From the NCBI RefSeq assembly GCF_009914755.1, contig NC_060931.1: a DNA stretch of 64,000 nucleotides, one strand, 5' to 3'. The stretch's first letter is position 1. Every line of letters begins with the position of its first letter. The notes under the pieces were generated by a model that was not told where the DNA came from, made no database searches, and saw nothing but the letters and a program-made list of their open reading frames with translations. The DNA is from the human T2T-CHM13v2.0 reference genome, Homo sapiens. Positions 1 through 17,988 of the stretch are shown one piece after another. Both the position numbers and the translations under genes were made by a program.

Positions 1-219
1 CATTACCTTGTTTCTGGTAATGCCACCTGTGAGACTTGTCTACACAGGACTGCATGCCAGGACAAAATTTTGGGACACAGCAGAGCTGTGGCACAGGGTC
101 CACATTGTTTAGACAAGCCTTTGAACACCACAATAAAGAAGTTATTCTATTTGCTCTCAATATGACATAACAGGATCAGGAGGCAGCTCTGTCTCCACCC
201 CTGTGTGTGTCGCAATTAT

Positions 220-385
220 GGGCTTTGGGGTTAGGCTGACCTAGGCTGGAATCAAAGCTTTCAATCCCCTTAGGTTTTTGAGTTTAGATAAATAGCTGAA
301 CTCTTTAAACCTGCTTCCTCATTTAAGATAAGGGACATGATAGTTTTCCCTATTAGAGTTGATGAAAAATTTTAAACAGATATAG
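220..385 (+). mobile_element. MIR SINE fragment (degenerate)
   Basis: MIR-core-like text (cttcctcattt..., gttgatgaaaaattttaaa); boundaries approximate. Confidence 0.45.
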
Positions 386-1249
386 AGTACCTCATTCATT
401 GTAAGAGCTAATACTGTCTCTCTCTCTCACACACACACTGTCTCTCTATCTTTCTGTTTCTGCTTTGGCCACTAGGAACCTCAGAGACAATCTAGTGGCT
501 CATCTGTACCAGTGGCATAGGCTCAAATGGGCTTTATTTCAGCAAAATTTTATTTCACTCTTCTCTGGACTTCCTGTTGCATTTCCACTTGCACTGAGCT
601 TTTACTTAATATTTTACTATTTACTTGCATGGATTTCTGCTAAAAGCTTATAAAAGAACAATAAAATAAGTCATAGGAAATTTCATGAATTATTGCTTTC
701 TATTCTCTAGGAGTTTGAGATTATTTTCTCTGTGCAATTTGGGAAAGCTATGTGAGTATTTGAGATGTGCTTCTTGATATGCAGGGTCAAGGGGACACTG
801 GAGCTGACTGGACAAGAGGAAATCCTCAACCGGTAGGGGATGTGTTAATTTCACAAAGGACTTGGTGTAGCTGACAGTCTAACCCACACAGTGAAAGAGC
901 CAACCTATAGCTTAGTGGTTTCTCATTTTCAAAGGGGTTGGTTAGATGATTTATTATTATTAATATTATTTTTTCCCATGGTTCTGATACTACTTTTACT
1001 AATCTCACTTAATGGGTTACACTGTAATCTTCATCACCTTACCCTTTCTCTTTACCAAGAAAGAACTCTATGTTTGTTTTTAATAGTCATTAATCAAAAC
1101 AATATTTGAGAGTGTCTATGTCAGTTTCTGGCTTGGATAGTTTGGTCCATTTGTAGGGATCAAAGCTACCAAGGCCCAGCAGATTTGTAGTGGAGCAGCT
1201 GCAAAGCTGAGGAGAAGTGTATCTGAGCAGTTCTTTGCTGACTTTGTGG

Positions 1250-1405
1250 ATGGAGCACTGGCTGGAAAGCGGTAAACCTGGATTTTAGCCACATATCAGT
1301 GTCAACTTTCTGGGTACCCTGCAACAAGCCACTTCTCTGGTTTGCAAAGCAGGGAATTAGACAAGATGGTCTCTACAGTTTCTTCCAGAGCTGCTAACAT
1401 TCCAT
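1250..1405 (+). mobile_element. MIR/MIR3 fragment
   Basis: gagcactggctgg...ctggatttta...aagccactt...attagacaagatggtctcta...ttccag resembles MIR3/MIRc. Confidence 0.4.
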
Positions 1406-2082
1406 TGCTCCACACTTTTTGGCAGATGCAGCAGGAACAGCCTTTGGGAGCGGTACCATTTCCCTTGGTGGAGGCTCAGTGGCCCTGTGGGCTTTTCTCC
1501 CATCTTTTCCAGCAGTGTCCATGCCCTCACTACCCCAATACCATGCCCAGCTCCAGCCCTTCTGAGAGACACCCCATGCTGAAGATTTTCCTGACCTTCT
1601 GTCAACCACATTTCATTTGCTGCTCATCTGCTGGAAAATACCATTTCCTCTCAGGGACTTGTTAGAACATACTCTGATAGGGAGAATATGAATCTTGCCA
1701 ACTTCCCAGGTTCATTCCAGGTTCTTTGCAAGAGATAGATTGCTGGGAAGTACAAATTTAACTCCCTCCCTTCAGTGAGTCTCAAATGAAAATTTTTCAA
1801 ATTTGAGACATGGAAATGAGGATCTATTTCTAAGATTGCTCAGGGCACACTACAATCTTTCCCTCATTTCTGCAGATGGGACCGCTCCACACAGCAACCT
1901 GGAAGCCCTTTCCTGGCAGCAGTGATGTGCTCACCTTTGCATCCTCCACAGCCCCTGCCCTGCTTGTACAGGGTAGTTGCTTAATGAGAGCATCTTAAGT
2001 TAAAGCAGTGCATTTAGTCTGTGAATTCCCTGACTTTCAGCTATTTCAGGGGTTAAGGATAAACTAAAAAATATGTAGATAA

Positions 2083-2438
<356 letters not shown>

Positions 2439-5400
2439 TCAAGCTCATTAGTTGAGAGTTCTTTTCATAGTGACTTCAATTTATTTCTTTTTTTGTGCAA
2501 GCATTTGTGAAATATTTTGAGTGAGTATAGACTGCTGAAAAGTTATTTTTCCTTATTACTATTATGTTACCTCTTGCCAGTTACAATTGTTAACTTCTTT
2601 CAGAGTAGGCAAATTTATCTGTAGCTAATCTCAGCAGTTTCTGGATTCCTTTGAATTGTTTTGATTCTAAAGCGATAGGACTTGCAAAATATAGATCATT
2701 TTAGGTGAGCTCTCGCTCAAGTTGTTGCATTTTTTAATCTATGCTGTTGTCAAAAGCTGCACCCAGGTTATATCTTCACTTCCCATCTAACTTGATCCTT
2801 GATGAGTGCCCTCCAGCATTCCAACTCTGGCACAAACATCATGTAGTGTAATTTAACCTAATCCAGCCCAGCAAGACTGAACTTTCAACAGTGTTATTTT
2901 GGAAAGTGCCTATTAAGTGCCAGAAACTATGCTTGCACTGAGAATATGAAAATGATTGGATATTACTCTTGTACTCAAGCCCATCTGATGGGCATGCCAC
3001 CTACAGTCTCCTTCCAGGGCAAGCAGGAGAATGGAAGGATACCGGGCCTGGAGAAGTGGAGAGGGGTGCAGCTTCCCAAGTGCTGAGCAAGGAAGAAGCT
3101 GAGCATATGAGGAACAGAAGGAAGTCATTGGGGGAAACATGTTCTGAAAACAATGTGAGGGAAGAAAGCTAGCAAGACCCGAGGCTGGAAGAGATGGGAT
3201 GCCACAACAGCGAGTGAGAGAGAGAGAAGAGAAAATGGTGAAACAGCCAACTCCAGAGAAGAGGTCAGGGGGTTTCCCAGTCTCTTTTCATAATTACGAA
3301 GAAGCCATGGGAGCAGCAATGCTTGGGTATACAGAGCACTGCTGGGGTGACCCGGCCATGCAGTGCTACTCTTAGCAGAGTTGCAGCCATACCTTGGGTT
3401 TAGCCTGGGTAGGGCTGAAAAACAAACCCAGGGGTATTCTTGAAAATAAGGGCCTACAACAAAATTTTTGATGAATTTCAAGAACAAGTCTCATAGGAAT
3501 GATAGATGCAAATGATGGGAGAGTGAAGCCAGAGGGCAGGATTTTCAAGTTTGTGTCTGTGAAGCAGAGCCATTCTGAGTCACAGCCAAGTTCAAGGATG
3601 AAGTTACATTGCTGCTTACAGGTGACTAGGAGTAGAGGAGTTTTGAAGACAAGTGTTACATACATCACCCAGGTGGGTGCTGAAGTTATTCAGGGTCAGG
3701 GGAGAAGAAAAGGCAGGCAGGGAAATGGGACAGGAGCCATGGCCCTTGGAGAATGTGAGAGTCCAATAATGCAGGAAATTATGCAGCAAGGGCTGGAGAA
3801 GAGTCCACAAGAGAGAGAAGGGGATATGAAAGGAAGGTGCTTCTCTGGGTTTATCCATTTTTCTTCTTTTTTTTCTTTTTTTAAATTTCCACGTACTTGT
3901 TAGGGCTGTCAATCTCAGCAATCCTCCAATCCCCACCTCAGGAATGAGCATATGACCGAGGCCTGGCCAATCCTAGCATTCTTACCAAGTAGCTGGTCCA
4001 GTGTTTCATTCCAAGAAAGTTTAGTTTGGTTTTGTTTTTTGCCTTGTTCTTTATTCTATTGATATAGCCCAAGCACCCAGAACAGAGGAATTTGGTAAAT
4101 GTTTTTTAAATAAATGGATATAGATATTGGAAAACAATTAGGGAGAGTTGCTAATCTGGAATAATGGGTGCTGGGGCTGCTGCCAGCGACCTTGCCCATC
4201 TCATGCGTAAGCTTTTCTACAGAATAAAGTTAACCAGAGAAAATCAGAAAAGAGAGATGAGGACAGAGTGAGAGGAAGGGGAGAGGAGGAAAGAAAGGCC
4301 TGGCTGCAGTGAATCCCTGTTCCAGTTGTGGAAACCACAGCCCTGTCAGACCTTCCTTTGAAGCCACCTCAGCATCCTTTCCAGTGTGTAAGCAACACAA
4401 TCCCTGTTAGTTGCTCTGGTTCACTTTCTATATCTGCAGTTGAAAGAGAGCTAGCACAAGAGGTGAGCCAATGTTCCCCAGTGTCTTCTGGCCATGTTGA
4501 GCTAGAACAGTGCCGCCCTGCTGCCGGGGATAGGAAGCCCAGAGGAAATGTGCCACCTCCACCTGTGCCTTCAGTAGGACTGCCACAGGCACCCAGCTGG
4601 TGGGATGCGGGGCACAGACTTGCCTGTTTCCCCAGCCTCTTGGACTTTATGGACAGCTTTTAAAACACAAATACTCATGAGCACTAGCAGGAAGGCCTTA
4701 CACTGTATCAGGATTATTTTAAATAAGAGCCAGATGGACCACCAGGATTGAGCCTAATGATCTCATCGTATGTCTCAAAAAGCCAAAGCCTAGAGAATGA
4801 AAAGCCTGTCCTAATCACTAGATTAGCACGTGGTCTGGCAAAGGCTGGATACTGCCAAGACATTTATGGAATGATGAATGTGCTCTTCTGAAATGAAGAG
4901 TGATGACTACAAGATAGAGACAGGACATCTGCTCACAATTGACTGGACCCAGCATATTTGCTTGGTTGACAGGAATCAAGGTGCTGAGAGAATGGGGGCC
5001 CAGGCTGGCGTTGGTGGAGCATATCAAAGGCAGTGGGCGCCGTCTTCCCAGCTTTGCCTTCTGCAGCTTGTGCCAGGTGCCACACAGCAGAAGTAAAGGC
5101 ATAAAGGGATCTCTTTTATTGACTATGAATGTTTTGTTCATTATTCACCATTAATTTATATTTGCTGAGACTCAGCTATATGCCAGGTACAGTGTTATCT
5201 CCAGTAGGGGCCATGGTGATGAATCACCAAAGTAAAACCATTTTTGATATGGTTTGACTGTGTCCCGATCCAAATTTCATCTTGAACTGTAGTTCCCGTA
5301 ATCCCCATGTGTGGAGGGAGGGACCCAGTGGGAGGCAATTGAATCACAGGAGTGATTTCCCCCATGCTATTCTCATGATAGTGAGTAAGTTCTCATGAGA

Positions 5401-5669
5401 TCTGATGGTTTTTTTTTTTTTAGAAGTTCCTCTCAGTATTTATTTATTTATTTATTTTTATTACACTTTAACTTCTAGGGTACATGTGCACAACACGCAG
5501 GTTTGATATATAGGGATACATGTGCCATGTTGGTTTGCTGCATCCATCAACTCATCATTTATATTAGGTATTTCTTCTAATGCTATCCCTCCTCCAGCTC
5601 CCCACCCCCCAATAGGCCCAGGTGTGTGATGTTCTCCACCCTGTGCCCAAGTGATCTCATTGTTCGATT

Positions 5670-9483
<3,814 letters not shown>

Positions 9484-9549
9484 TATGATGTTTGCTGGTT
9501 ATTTTTCCCATTAATTGATGTAGTTTCTTCATAGCATCGATGGTCTTTA

Positions 9550-10573
9550 CACTTTGGCATGTTTTTGCAGTGGCTGGTACCAGTTGTTTCTTTCCATGTT
9601 TATTGCATCCTTCAGGAGCTCTTGTAAGGCAGGCCTGGTGGCGAGAAAAATCTCTTAGCATTTGTTTGTCTGTAAAGGATTTTATTTCTGCTTCACTTAT
9701 GAAGCTTAGTTTGGCTGGATATGAAATTCTGGGTTGAAAATTCTTTTCTTGAAGAATGTTGAATACTGGCCCCCACTCTCTTCTGGCTTGGAGAGTTTCT
9801 GCTGAGAGATCTGCTGTTAGTCTCATGGGCTTCTCTTTGTGGGTAGCCTGACCTTTCTCTCTGGCTGCCCCTAACACTTTTTCCTTCATTTCAACCTTGG
9901 TGAATCTGACAATTATGTGTCTTGGGGTTGCTCTTCCTGAGGAGTATCTTTGTGGTTTTCTCTGTATTTCCTGAATTTGAATGTTGGCCTGCCTTGCTCG
10001 GTTGGGGAAGTTCTCCTGGATAATATCCTGAAGAGTGTATTCCAACTTGGTTCCATTCTGCCTTTCAATTTCAGATACACCAATCAAACATAGATTTGGT
10101 CTTTTCACATAGTCCCATATTTCTTGGAGTCTTTGTTCATTTCTTTTTACTCTTTTTTCTCTAACCTTGTTTTCTCACTTTATTTAATTAATTTGATCTT
10201 CAATCACTGATACCCTTTCTTCCACTTGATCGAATCGGCTACTGAAGCTTGTGCATGCGACACAAAGTTCTTGTGCCATGGTTTTCAGCTCCATCAGGTC
10301 ATTTAAGGTCTTCTCTACTCTGTTTATTCTGGTTAGCCATTTCTCTAATCTTTTTTCAAGGTTTTTAGCTTCCTTGTGTTCAGTTCGAACATGATCCTTT
10401 AGCTCGGAGTAGTTTGTTATTACCAACCTTCTGAAGCCTACTTCTGTCAACTCATCAAAATCATTCTCCATCCAGTTTTGTTCTGTTGCTGGCAAGGAGC
10501 TGCAATCCTCTGGAGGAGAAGAGGTGGTCTGATTTTTAGAATTTTCAGCTTTTCTGCTCTGGTTTCTCCCCAT
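9550..10573 (-). pseudogene. L1 ORF1 remnant
   Basis: ORFs 10184-10573 and 9416-10108 (RATPRHIIVRF, REWG, YPAKLS motifs), broken frame. Confidence 0.85.
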
Positions 10574-13500
10574 CTTTGTGGTTTTATCTACCTTTGGTCT
10601 TTGATGTTGGTGACCTACGTATGGGGTTTTGGTGTAGATGACCTTTTTGTTGATGTTGATGCTATTCCTTTCTGTTTGTTAGTTGTTCTTCTGACAGTCA
10701 GAGCCCTCAGCTGCAGGTCTGTTGGAGTTTGCTGGAGTTCCACTCCAGACTCTCTTTGCCTGGGTATCACCAGCAAAGGCTGCAGAACAGCAAATATTGC
10801 AGAACAGCAAATATTGCTGCCTGATCCTTCCTCTGGAAGCTTCATCTCAGAGGGGCACCTGCCTGTATGAGGTATAAGTCGGCCCCTACTGGGAGATGTC
10901 TCCCAGTTAGTCTACACAGGGGTCAGGGACCCACTTGAGGTGGCAGTCTGTCTGCTCTCAGAGCTCAAACGCCATGCTGGGAGAACCACTGCTCTCTTCA
11001 GAGCTGTGAGACAGGGACATTTAAGTCTGCAGAGGTTGTCTGCTGCCTTTTGTTCAGCTATGCCCTGCCCACAGAAGTGGAGTCTAGAAGCAGTAGGCCT
11101 TGTTGAGCTGCAGTGGGCTCCACCCAGTTCAAGCTTCCTAGCTGCTTTGTTTACCTACTCAAGCCTCAGCAATGGTGGATGCCCCTCCCCAGCCAGGCTG
11201 CTGTCTCGCAGATTGATCTCCAATTGCTGTGCTAGCAGTGAACAAGGCTCCATGGGCATGGGAGCCACAGAGCCAGGCACGGGAGATAATCACCTTGTCT
11301 GCTGGTTGCTAAGACCTTGGGAACAGCACAGTATTTGCATGGGGGTGTCCTCTTTTTCCAGGTAGTCTGTCGTGGCTTCCCTTGGCTAGGAAAGGGAAAT
11401 CCTCTGACCCCTTGTGCTTCCCAGGTGAGGCAACGCCCTGCCCTGCTTTGGTTCACCCTCCATGGGCTGCACTCACTGTCCAACCAGTCCCAATGAGATG
11501 AACCAGATACCTGAGTTGGAAATGCAGAAATCACCCATCTTCTGCATCCATCATGCTGGGAGTGGCAGACCAGAGCTGTTCCTATTTGGCCATCTTGGAA
11601 TGGCCCCTTAAGATCTGATGGTTTTATAAGGGGCTTCCCCCTTAACTGGGTTCTCATTCTTTCTCCTGCCACCCTGTGAAGAAGTGTCTTTTGCCATGAT
11701 TGTAAGTTTCCTGAGGTTGCCCCAGCCATGAAGAACTGTGAGTCAGTTAAACTTCTTTTCTTTATAAATTACCCAGCCTTGGGTATTTCTTCATACCCAA
11801 CATGAGAAATATATAGCATGAGATTGGACTAATACAGTAAATTGGTACTGAGGGAGTGGGTTGCTGCTATAAGGATACCCAAAAATGTGGACATGACTTT
11901 GGAACAGGGTAACAGGCAGAGGTTGGAACAGTTTGGACGGCTCAGAAGAAGACAGAAAGATGTAGGAAAGTTTGGAACTTCCTAGTGACTTGGAGGGCTG
12001 AGAAGAAGACAGGAAAATGTGAAAAAGGTTGAAACTCCCTAGAGACTTGTTGAATGGTTTTGACCAAAATGCTGATAGTGATATGGACAATGAAGTTTAG
12101 GCTGAGATGGTCTCAGATGGAGATGAGGAACTTGCTGGGAACTGGAGTAAAGGTGACTCTTGTTATACTTTGCCAAAGAGACTGGCAGCATTTTACCTAT
12201 GGCCTACAGATCTGTGGAATTTTGAACTTGAAAGAGATTATTTACGGTATCTGGTGGAATAAATTTCTAAGTAGCAAAGCATTCAAGAGGTGACAGGGCA
12301 TAAAAGTTTGGAAAATTTTCAGCCTGACAATGCAGTAGAAAAAGAAAAACCCATTTTCTGGGGAGACATTCAAGCCTGCTGTAGAAATTTGCATAAGTAA
12401 CAAGGAGCCAAATGTTAATTGCCAAGATAATTGGGAAAATGTCTCCAGGGCATGTCAGAGACCTTCACAGTGGCTCCTTCCATCACAGGCCCAGAAGCCT
12501 TGGAGGGAAAATTGGTTTTGTGGGCTGGGCCCAGGGCCCCCCTGCTCTGTGCATCCTTGGGACATGGTGCCCTGCATCTCACCTGCTTCAGTCCCAGCAG
12601 TGGCTAAAAGGGGCCAACATATAGCTTGGGCTATTGTTTCAGAGGGTGCAAGCCCCAAGCCTTGATGGCTAACATGTGTTGTTGGGCCTGCTGGTGCACA
12701 GAAGTCAAGAGCTGAGGTTTGAGAACCTCTGCCTAGATTTCAGAGGATGTATGGAAACACTTGGATGTCCAAGCAGAAGTTTGCTACAGTGGAGGAGCCC
12801 TCATGGAGAACCTCTGTTAGGGCACTGCAGAAAAAGAAATGTGGGGCTGGAGCCCCCACACAGAGTCCCCACTGGGGCACTGCCTAGTGGAGCCGTGAGA
12901 AGAGGGCCACTTGCCTCCAGATCCCAGAATGGTAGATCCACTGACAGCTTGCACTGTGCACCTGGAAAAGCTGCAGGCACTGAATGCCAGCCATGAAAGC
13001 AGCCAGGAGAGGGGCTGTACCCTGCAAAGCCACAAGGGCAGAGCTGCCCAACCCCATGGGAGGCCACCTCATGCATCAGCATGACGTGGATGTGAGACAT
13101 GAAGTCAAAGGAGATAATTTTGGAATTTTAAGATTTAATGACTGCCCTGTTGGATTTTGGACTTGCATAGGGCCTTTAGCCCCTTTGTTTCAGCCAATTT
13201 CTCCCATTTGGAACTGGTTTATTTATCCAATGCCTGTACCCCCATTGGATCTAGGAAGTAACTGACTTTTGATTTCACAGGCTCACAGGTGGAAGGGACT
13301 TGCCTTATCTCAGATGAAACTTTGGACTTGGACTTTTGGGTTAATGCTGCAATGAGTTGAGACTTTGGGGAACCGTTGGAAAGGCATGATTTGTTTTGAA
13401 ATGTGAAGACCTGAGATTTGGGAGGGGCCAGGGGCAGAATGATATGGTTTGGCTGTGTCCTCAGCAACATCTTATGTTGAATTAGTTCCCATAATGCCCA

Positions 13501-14490
13501 TGTGTTGTGGGAGGGACCCAGTGGGAGGTAATTGAATCATGGGGCAGTTTCTCCCATGCTATTCTCATGATAGTGAGTGAGTTCTCCTGTGATCTGAAGA
13601 TTTTATAAGGGGCTTGTTCCTTTGCTGGATTCTCATTCTCTGTCGCTTGCCACTCTTGAAGAGGTGCCTTCTGCCATGACTTTAAGTTTCCTGAGGACTC
13701 CCCTGCCATATAGAACTGTGAGTCAATTAAACCTCTTTTCTTTATAAATTACCCAGTCTTGGGTATTTCTTCATAGCAGTGTAAGAACAGACTAATACAA
13801 TTATTAATACAACCAAAAGGATGAATAGATAATCTCACAATAATGTATAATCTTGCAGGTGCTGATCATCTCTTTTCTTCTGCTTGTGTTCATTCTTTCA
13901 TTCATGAATGACTGAGAGTTTGCACTTTCAAGATCTGAGGGTGAGCACTGAGCGGGAGATGTGATGGGGAATGAGATTTCAACAAATTTATCAGATGGCC
14001 ACCTTTCAATAAATAATTGTATAGTTTGAGAATCAGGACAGACTCCTACAAAAATAAGAATTAAGGAGGCAGAAATGCACTTTACAAAATTTCACAGCTG
14101 AAAGCAGGTTCCAGCTATGGTAGTCCAGCCAGATGGAATGCCTAGCAGGATGCAAAGTTTTCTCTGTAGCAGTTTTGCTGCCTCAAAGATTTTCTGTGCC
14201 ACCCACATAAACCACTGGAGAATAAACACAATGTTGGATATAGTCTGGAAATGAGTCTCTTGCATGAGGACTGTCTGAATGTTTTTCTTTGTTTCTCTTT
14301 TAAATGAAATGCTGTCCACAAATATATAGCTTTATTATTTGACTCTGAAGGAAACAATGACACTTACACCAGTAATGATTTGGAAAGACATTGTTTGCAA
14401 ATAAGTAGATCTGCCAAAAATGTTATCACTTTTTCAGTGAGTATGAAAGTCTTCTTGTGGGAGGTGGAGGGGAAAAAGCTTCTGTTTTCT

Positions 14491-14807
14491 TTTTTTTTTC
14501 TTTTTTCTTTTCTTTTTTTTTCTTTTTTTTGAGACAGAGTTTCGCTCTTGTTGCCCAGGCTGGAGTGCAATGGTGTGATCTTGGCTCACTGCCAAGCCTC
14601 CTGGGTTCAAGCGATTCTCCTGCCTCAGCCCCCAGAGTAGCTGGGATTACAGGCATGTACCACTACCCCAGCTAATTTTGTATTTTTAGTAGAGATGGGG
14701 TTTCTCCATGTTGGTCAGGCTGATCTTGAACTCCTGACCTCAGGTGATCAGCCTGCCTCGGCCTCCCAAAGTGCTGGGATTACAGGTGTGAACCACCACG
14801 CCCGGCC
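14491..14807 (-). mobile_element. AluSp/Sq-like
   Basis: Full Alu; perfect 17-bp TSD AAAAGCTTCTGTTTTCT (14474-14490, 14808-14824). Confidence 0.95.
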
Positions 14808-15524
14808 AAAAGCTTCTGTTTTCTAAAGGTGTAAAATTTTACTTTTTGTAAAAAGTAATCACTTTTGCACCAACATAATAGTTTCTAGTGAGGCGACATG
14901 CATCAGCTATTTATTTTCAGAAGAAGACAAGTTTTCTCACCTGTGAAATGGGAGACTTGTATCCACCTCATGTGGTTAAACGTCTGGACAGTCAGTGTTG
15001 GAACATAATCATCAGGCTCTGTAGATGGTGGCTGTCACTGTACTCTTTATATCTAGGCCCTGTATGGTTTGGCAACTCTGAAAGGCAGACTGTGATGGGG
15101 AAGAAAAGTAAAGCTCATAAAGTTTGGATTCATGTGCTGGATATCAGGTGGTTGTGTCTCCATCTCCACGGTAAAGACACAGAAAATTATGAGCATTAAC
15201 ATTTTTTTCAAACATTTGTTTGAAATTTTATCCTAGAGAAGGTTCCCTCATGAACATTAATCAACTACTCACAGTGTGGTGTCATTTGGCCTTTGCTGCC
15301 AGAGGGTGAGGCTCTGGGAGGAGGCAGCTATGAGACTGAGGAGTAAAACGTGTCTCTATCAACCAAAAATATCTCTATTATTTAAACTTCGAGTAAACTT
15401 AAAATACACACTGAGCACCTCCCCTTCCCATACCAAACCAATGGACAGGATGCCATGGTTATAATCCTCGGTGGTGTATCTCGGCCTCAACCTTTTTGGG
15501 GTGGAGCTCAGTGCCTGTTTGTAA

Positions 15525-15986
<462 letters not shown>

Positions 15987-16223
15987 TGATGGTCCTTTTG
16001 AGATGTCTGACCTTTTTTGGACACTCCACATACCCATAGCCTGTTAGAAACAGTGGTGACTTCTTGGCTTCCCCTTGCAATTTCCAGATTCTTCCAGTAT
16101 TATGCAAAAACCCTTTCTTCCTGTTTCACAGATTCTGGCATCCCTTAAGTGTAGGCCATCCTACACTTATTAAGGATTTTGGAAATTTCCTTCATGCTCC
16201 ATTAAGTTCTAGGGGAATTTTCT

Positions 16224-16550
<327 letters not shown>

Positions 16551-17355
16551 AAGTTCTAGGGGAATTTTCTATCCAACATTCAAGACTCACATACCTTGCT
16601 TATTTAAATAAAATAATTTTCACACTGATTTGACTTCTGCCATCTCAGAACCATAAGTTTGAGCAGGTCATAATCCAGGACCACTCCATGTCGACAAATT
16701 CAGTCTCCAGCAGTCTTTATGAGGCCCTTAGACCTCACAAAGGAGTTCGTCTCCAGCCTCTCTTGTGGCCCTCTTGGGTCTCTGCTTCCTGCTCTTTGCT
16801 GCTCTCCAGCTCAGGTGCTGGGGTCGGGGTCACCAGCCTCTTCCCAGGCACCTCCCCTTCCCCAGTCTCCCCAGCTCCTGTCCAGATGGACCTCCATTGC
16901 ATAACCACTGATGTATTATACGTTCTCTTCCAGCATGAAACACTACTTTTATGAGATCCTCTTTCCTGCACTTTTCTAACTTTCCCTTCTCAACCTCTTC
17001 CTTTTATAGCCAGCCCAAGATGTCCTAAGAAAAGTGATAAAAGCACTTAAGAACTCCAGCTCTAGGTCATGGGCATGTTGGACAGCAGAACCTGGTGAGA
17101 TAAAAGGATAAAGACTGTTGACCCCCCCAGCCCGAGGGGCCACCCCTGCAACTCCACACGCACCATCTCATCCCAGGCAGAGGCTCCACATTTGTAGGCA
17201 CCCTCAGTTACTAAGGGCCTAGTTCAATTATGTCCATTTAGAAACTTGAATCTCAGATCCAACAGAAACCCAATTTCCTTCCCCAACCCTTGCCCCCAAT
17301 ACTGGCCATGTGCAAATGGACCGTGTAGGGGAGGGCATGGCATGGATGACGTGGT

Positions 17356-17988
17356 TGTGAAATGAGTGAGGGAAAGGCCTCAATCATCAAGGCTTATTCA
17401 GCCAGCTTCAGTGTGTGCTGGGAAAATCATGAGCCACAGACACATGTGTGGCTGTTTTCCCAAAGAGGTTTTCAGGAGGTTTCATATTTATACCATTTCC
17501 TTAAATAGGGGAGGACATGTAGAGAGAGGGGCCAGCAGGTGGTAAGGCGAGTGGTTACATTCCTGTGAGACTTTGGTCAGTGCCTGGTAAATATACATTT
17601 TAACTAAGATAAGGTGGATGCATGAATAGAGAAGGAATGAGGTAGAGGAAGGGCTGATCTCATCTAGACCTGGTTCTGCACCTGGGAAGAGGAGCTTGTT
17701 ATTGACATTAGTGTGGAATGTGACTTTAGTTATAGGAGCTAGACTTAGATTGCAGGCCTAACATTACAACTGGCATGTCCTTGCTTATGGGAGGGCAGAC
17801 AAAGAATTGATTTATGAAAGGTCTGTGAGGGACAGCCCTGTGCAGATGCCTGAGGTGCTTCACCTTTCCATGAGGACCTGGCTGATGCATAGCACTGGTC
17901 ACAGCTATTCATTTGGAAGGGGGCGTTGCATGACTCAGCCTCCAGGCATAAGTTTGGGGGTCCTGAGATTTTTAGATTTTCCTTTACA
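17356..17988 (-). mobile_element. ERV1 (MER4-group) solo LTR
   Basis: Minus strand begins TGTAAAGGAAAATCTAAAAATCTCAGGACCCCC, typical of MER4-group LTR 5' ends; left boundary approximate, exact family unknown. Confidence 0.65.

Noticed and set aside
2950-4330. Possible L2 and MLT1 remnants in purine-rich sequence
   Set aside because: Too degenerate to assign family or boundaries by eye.
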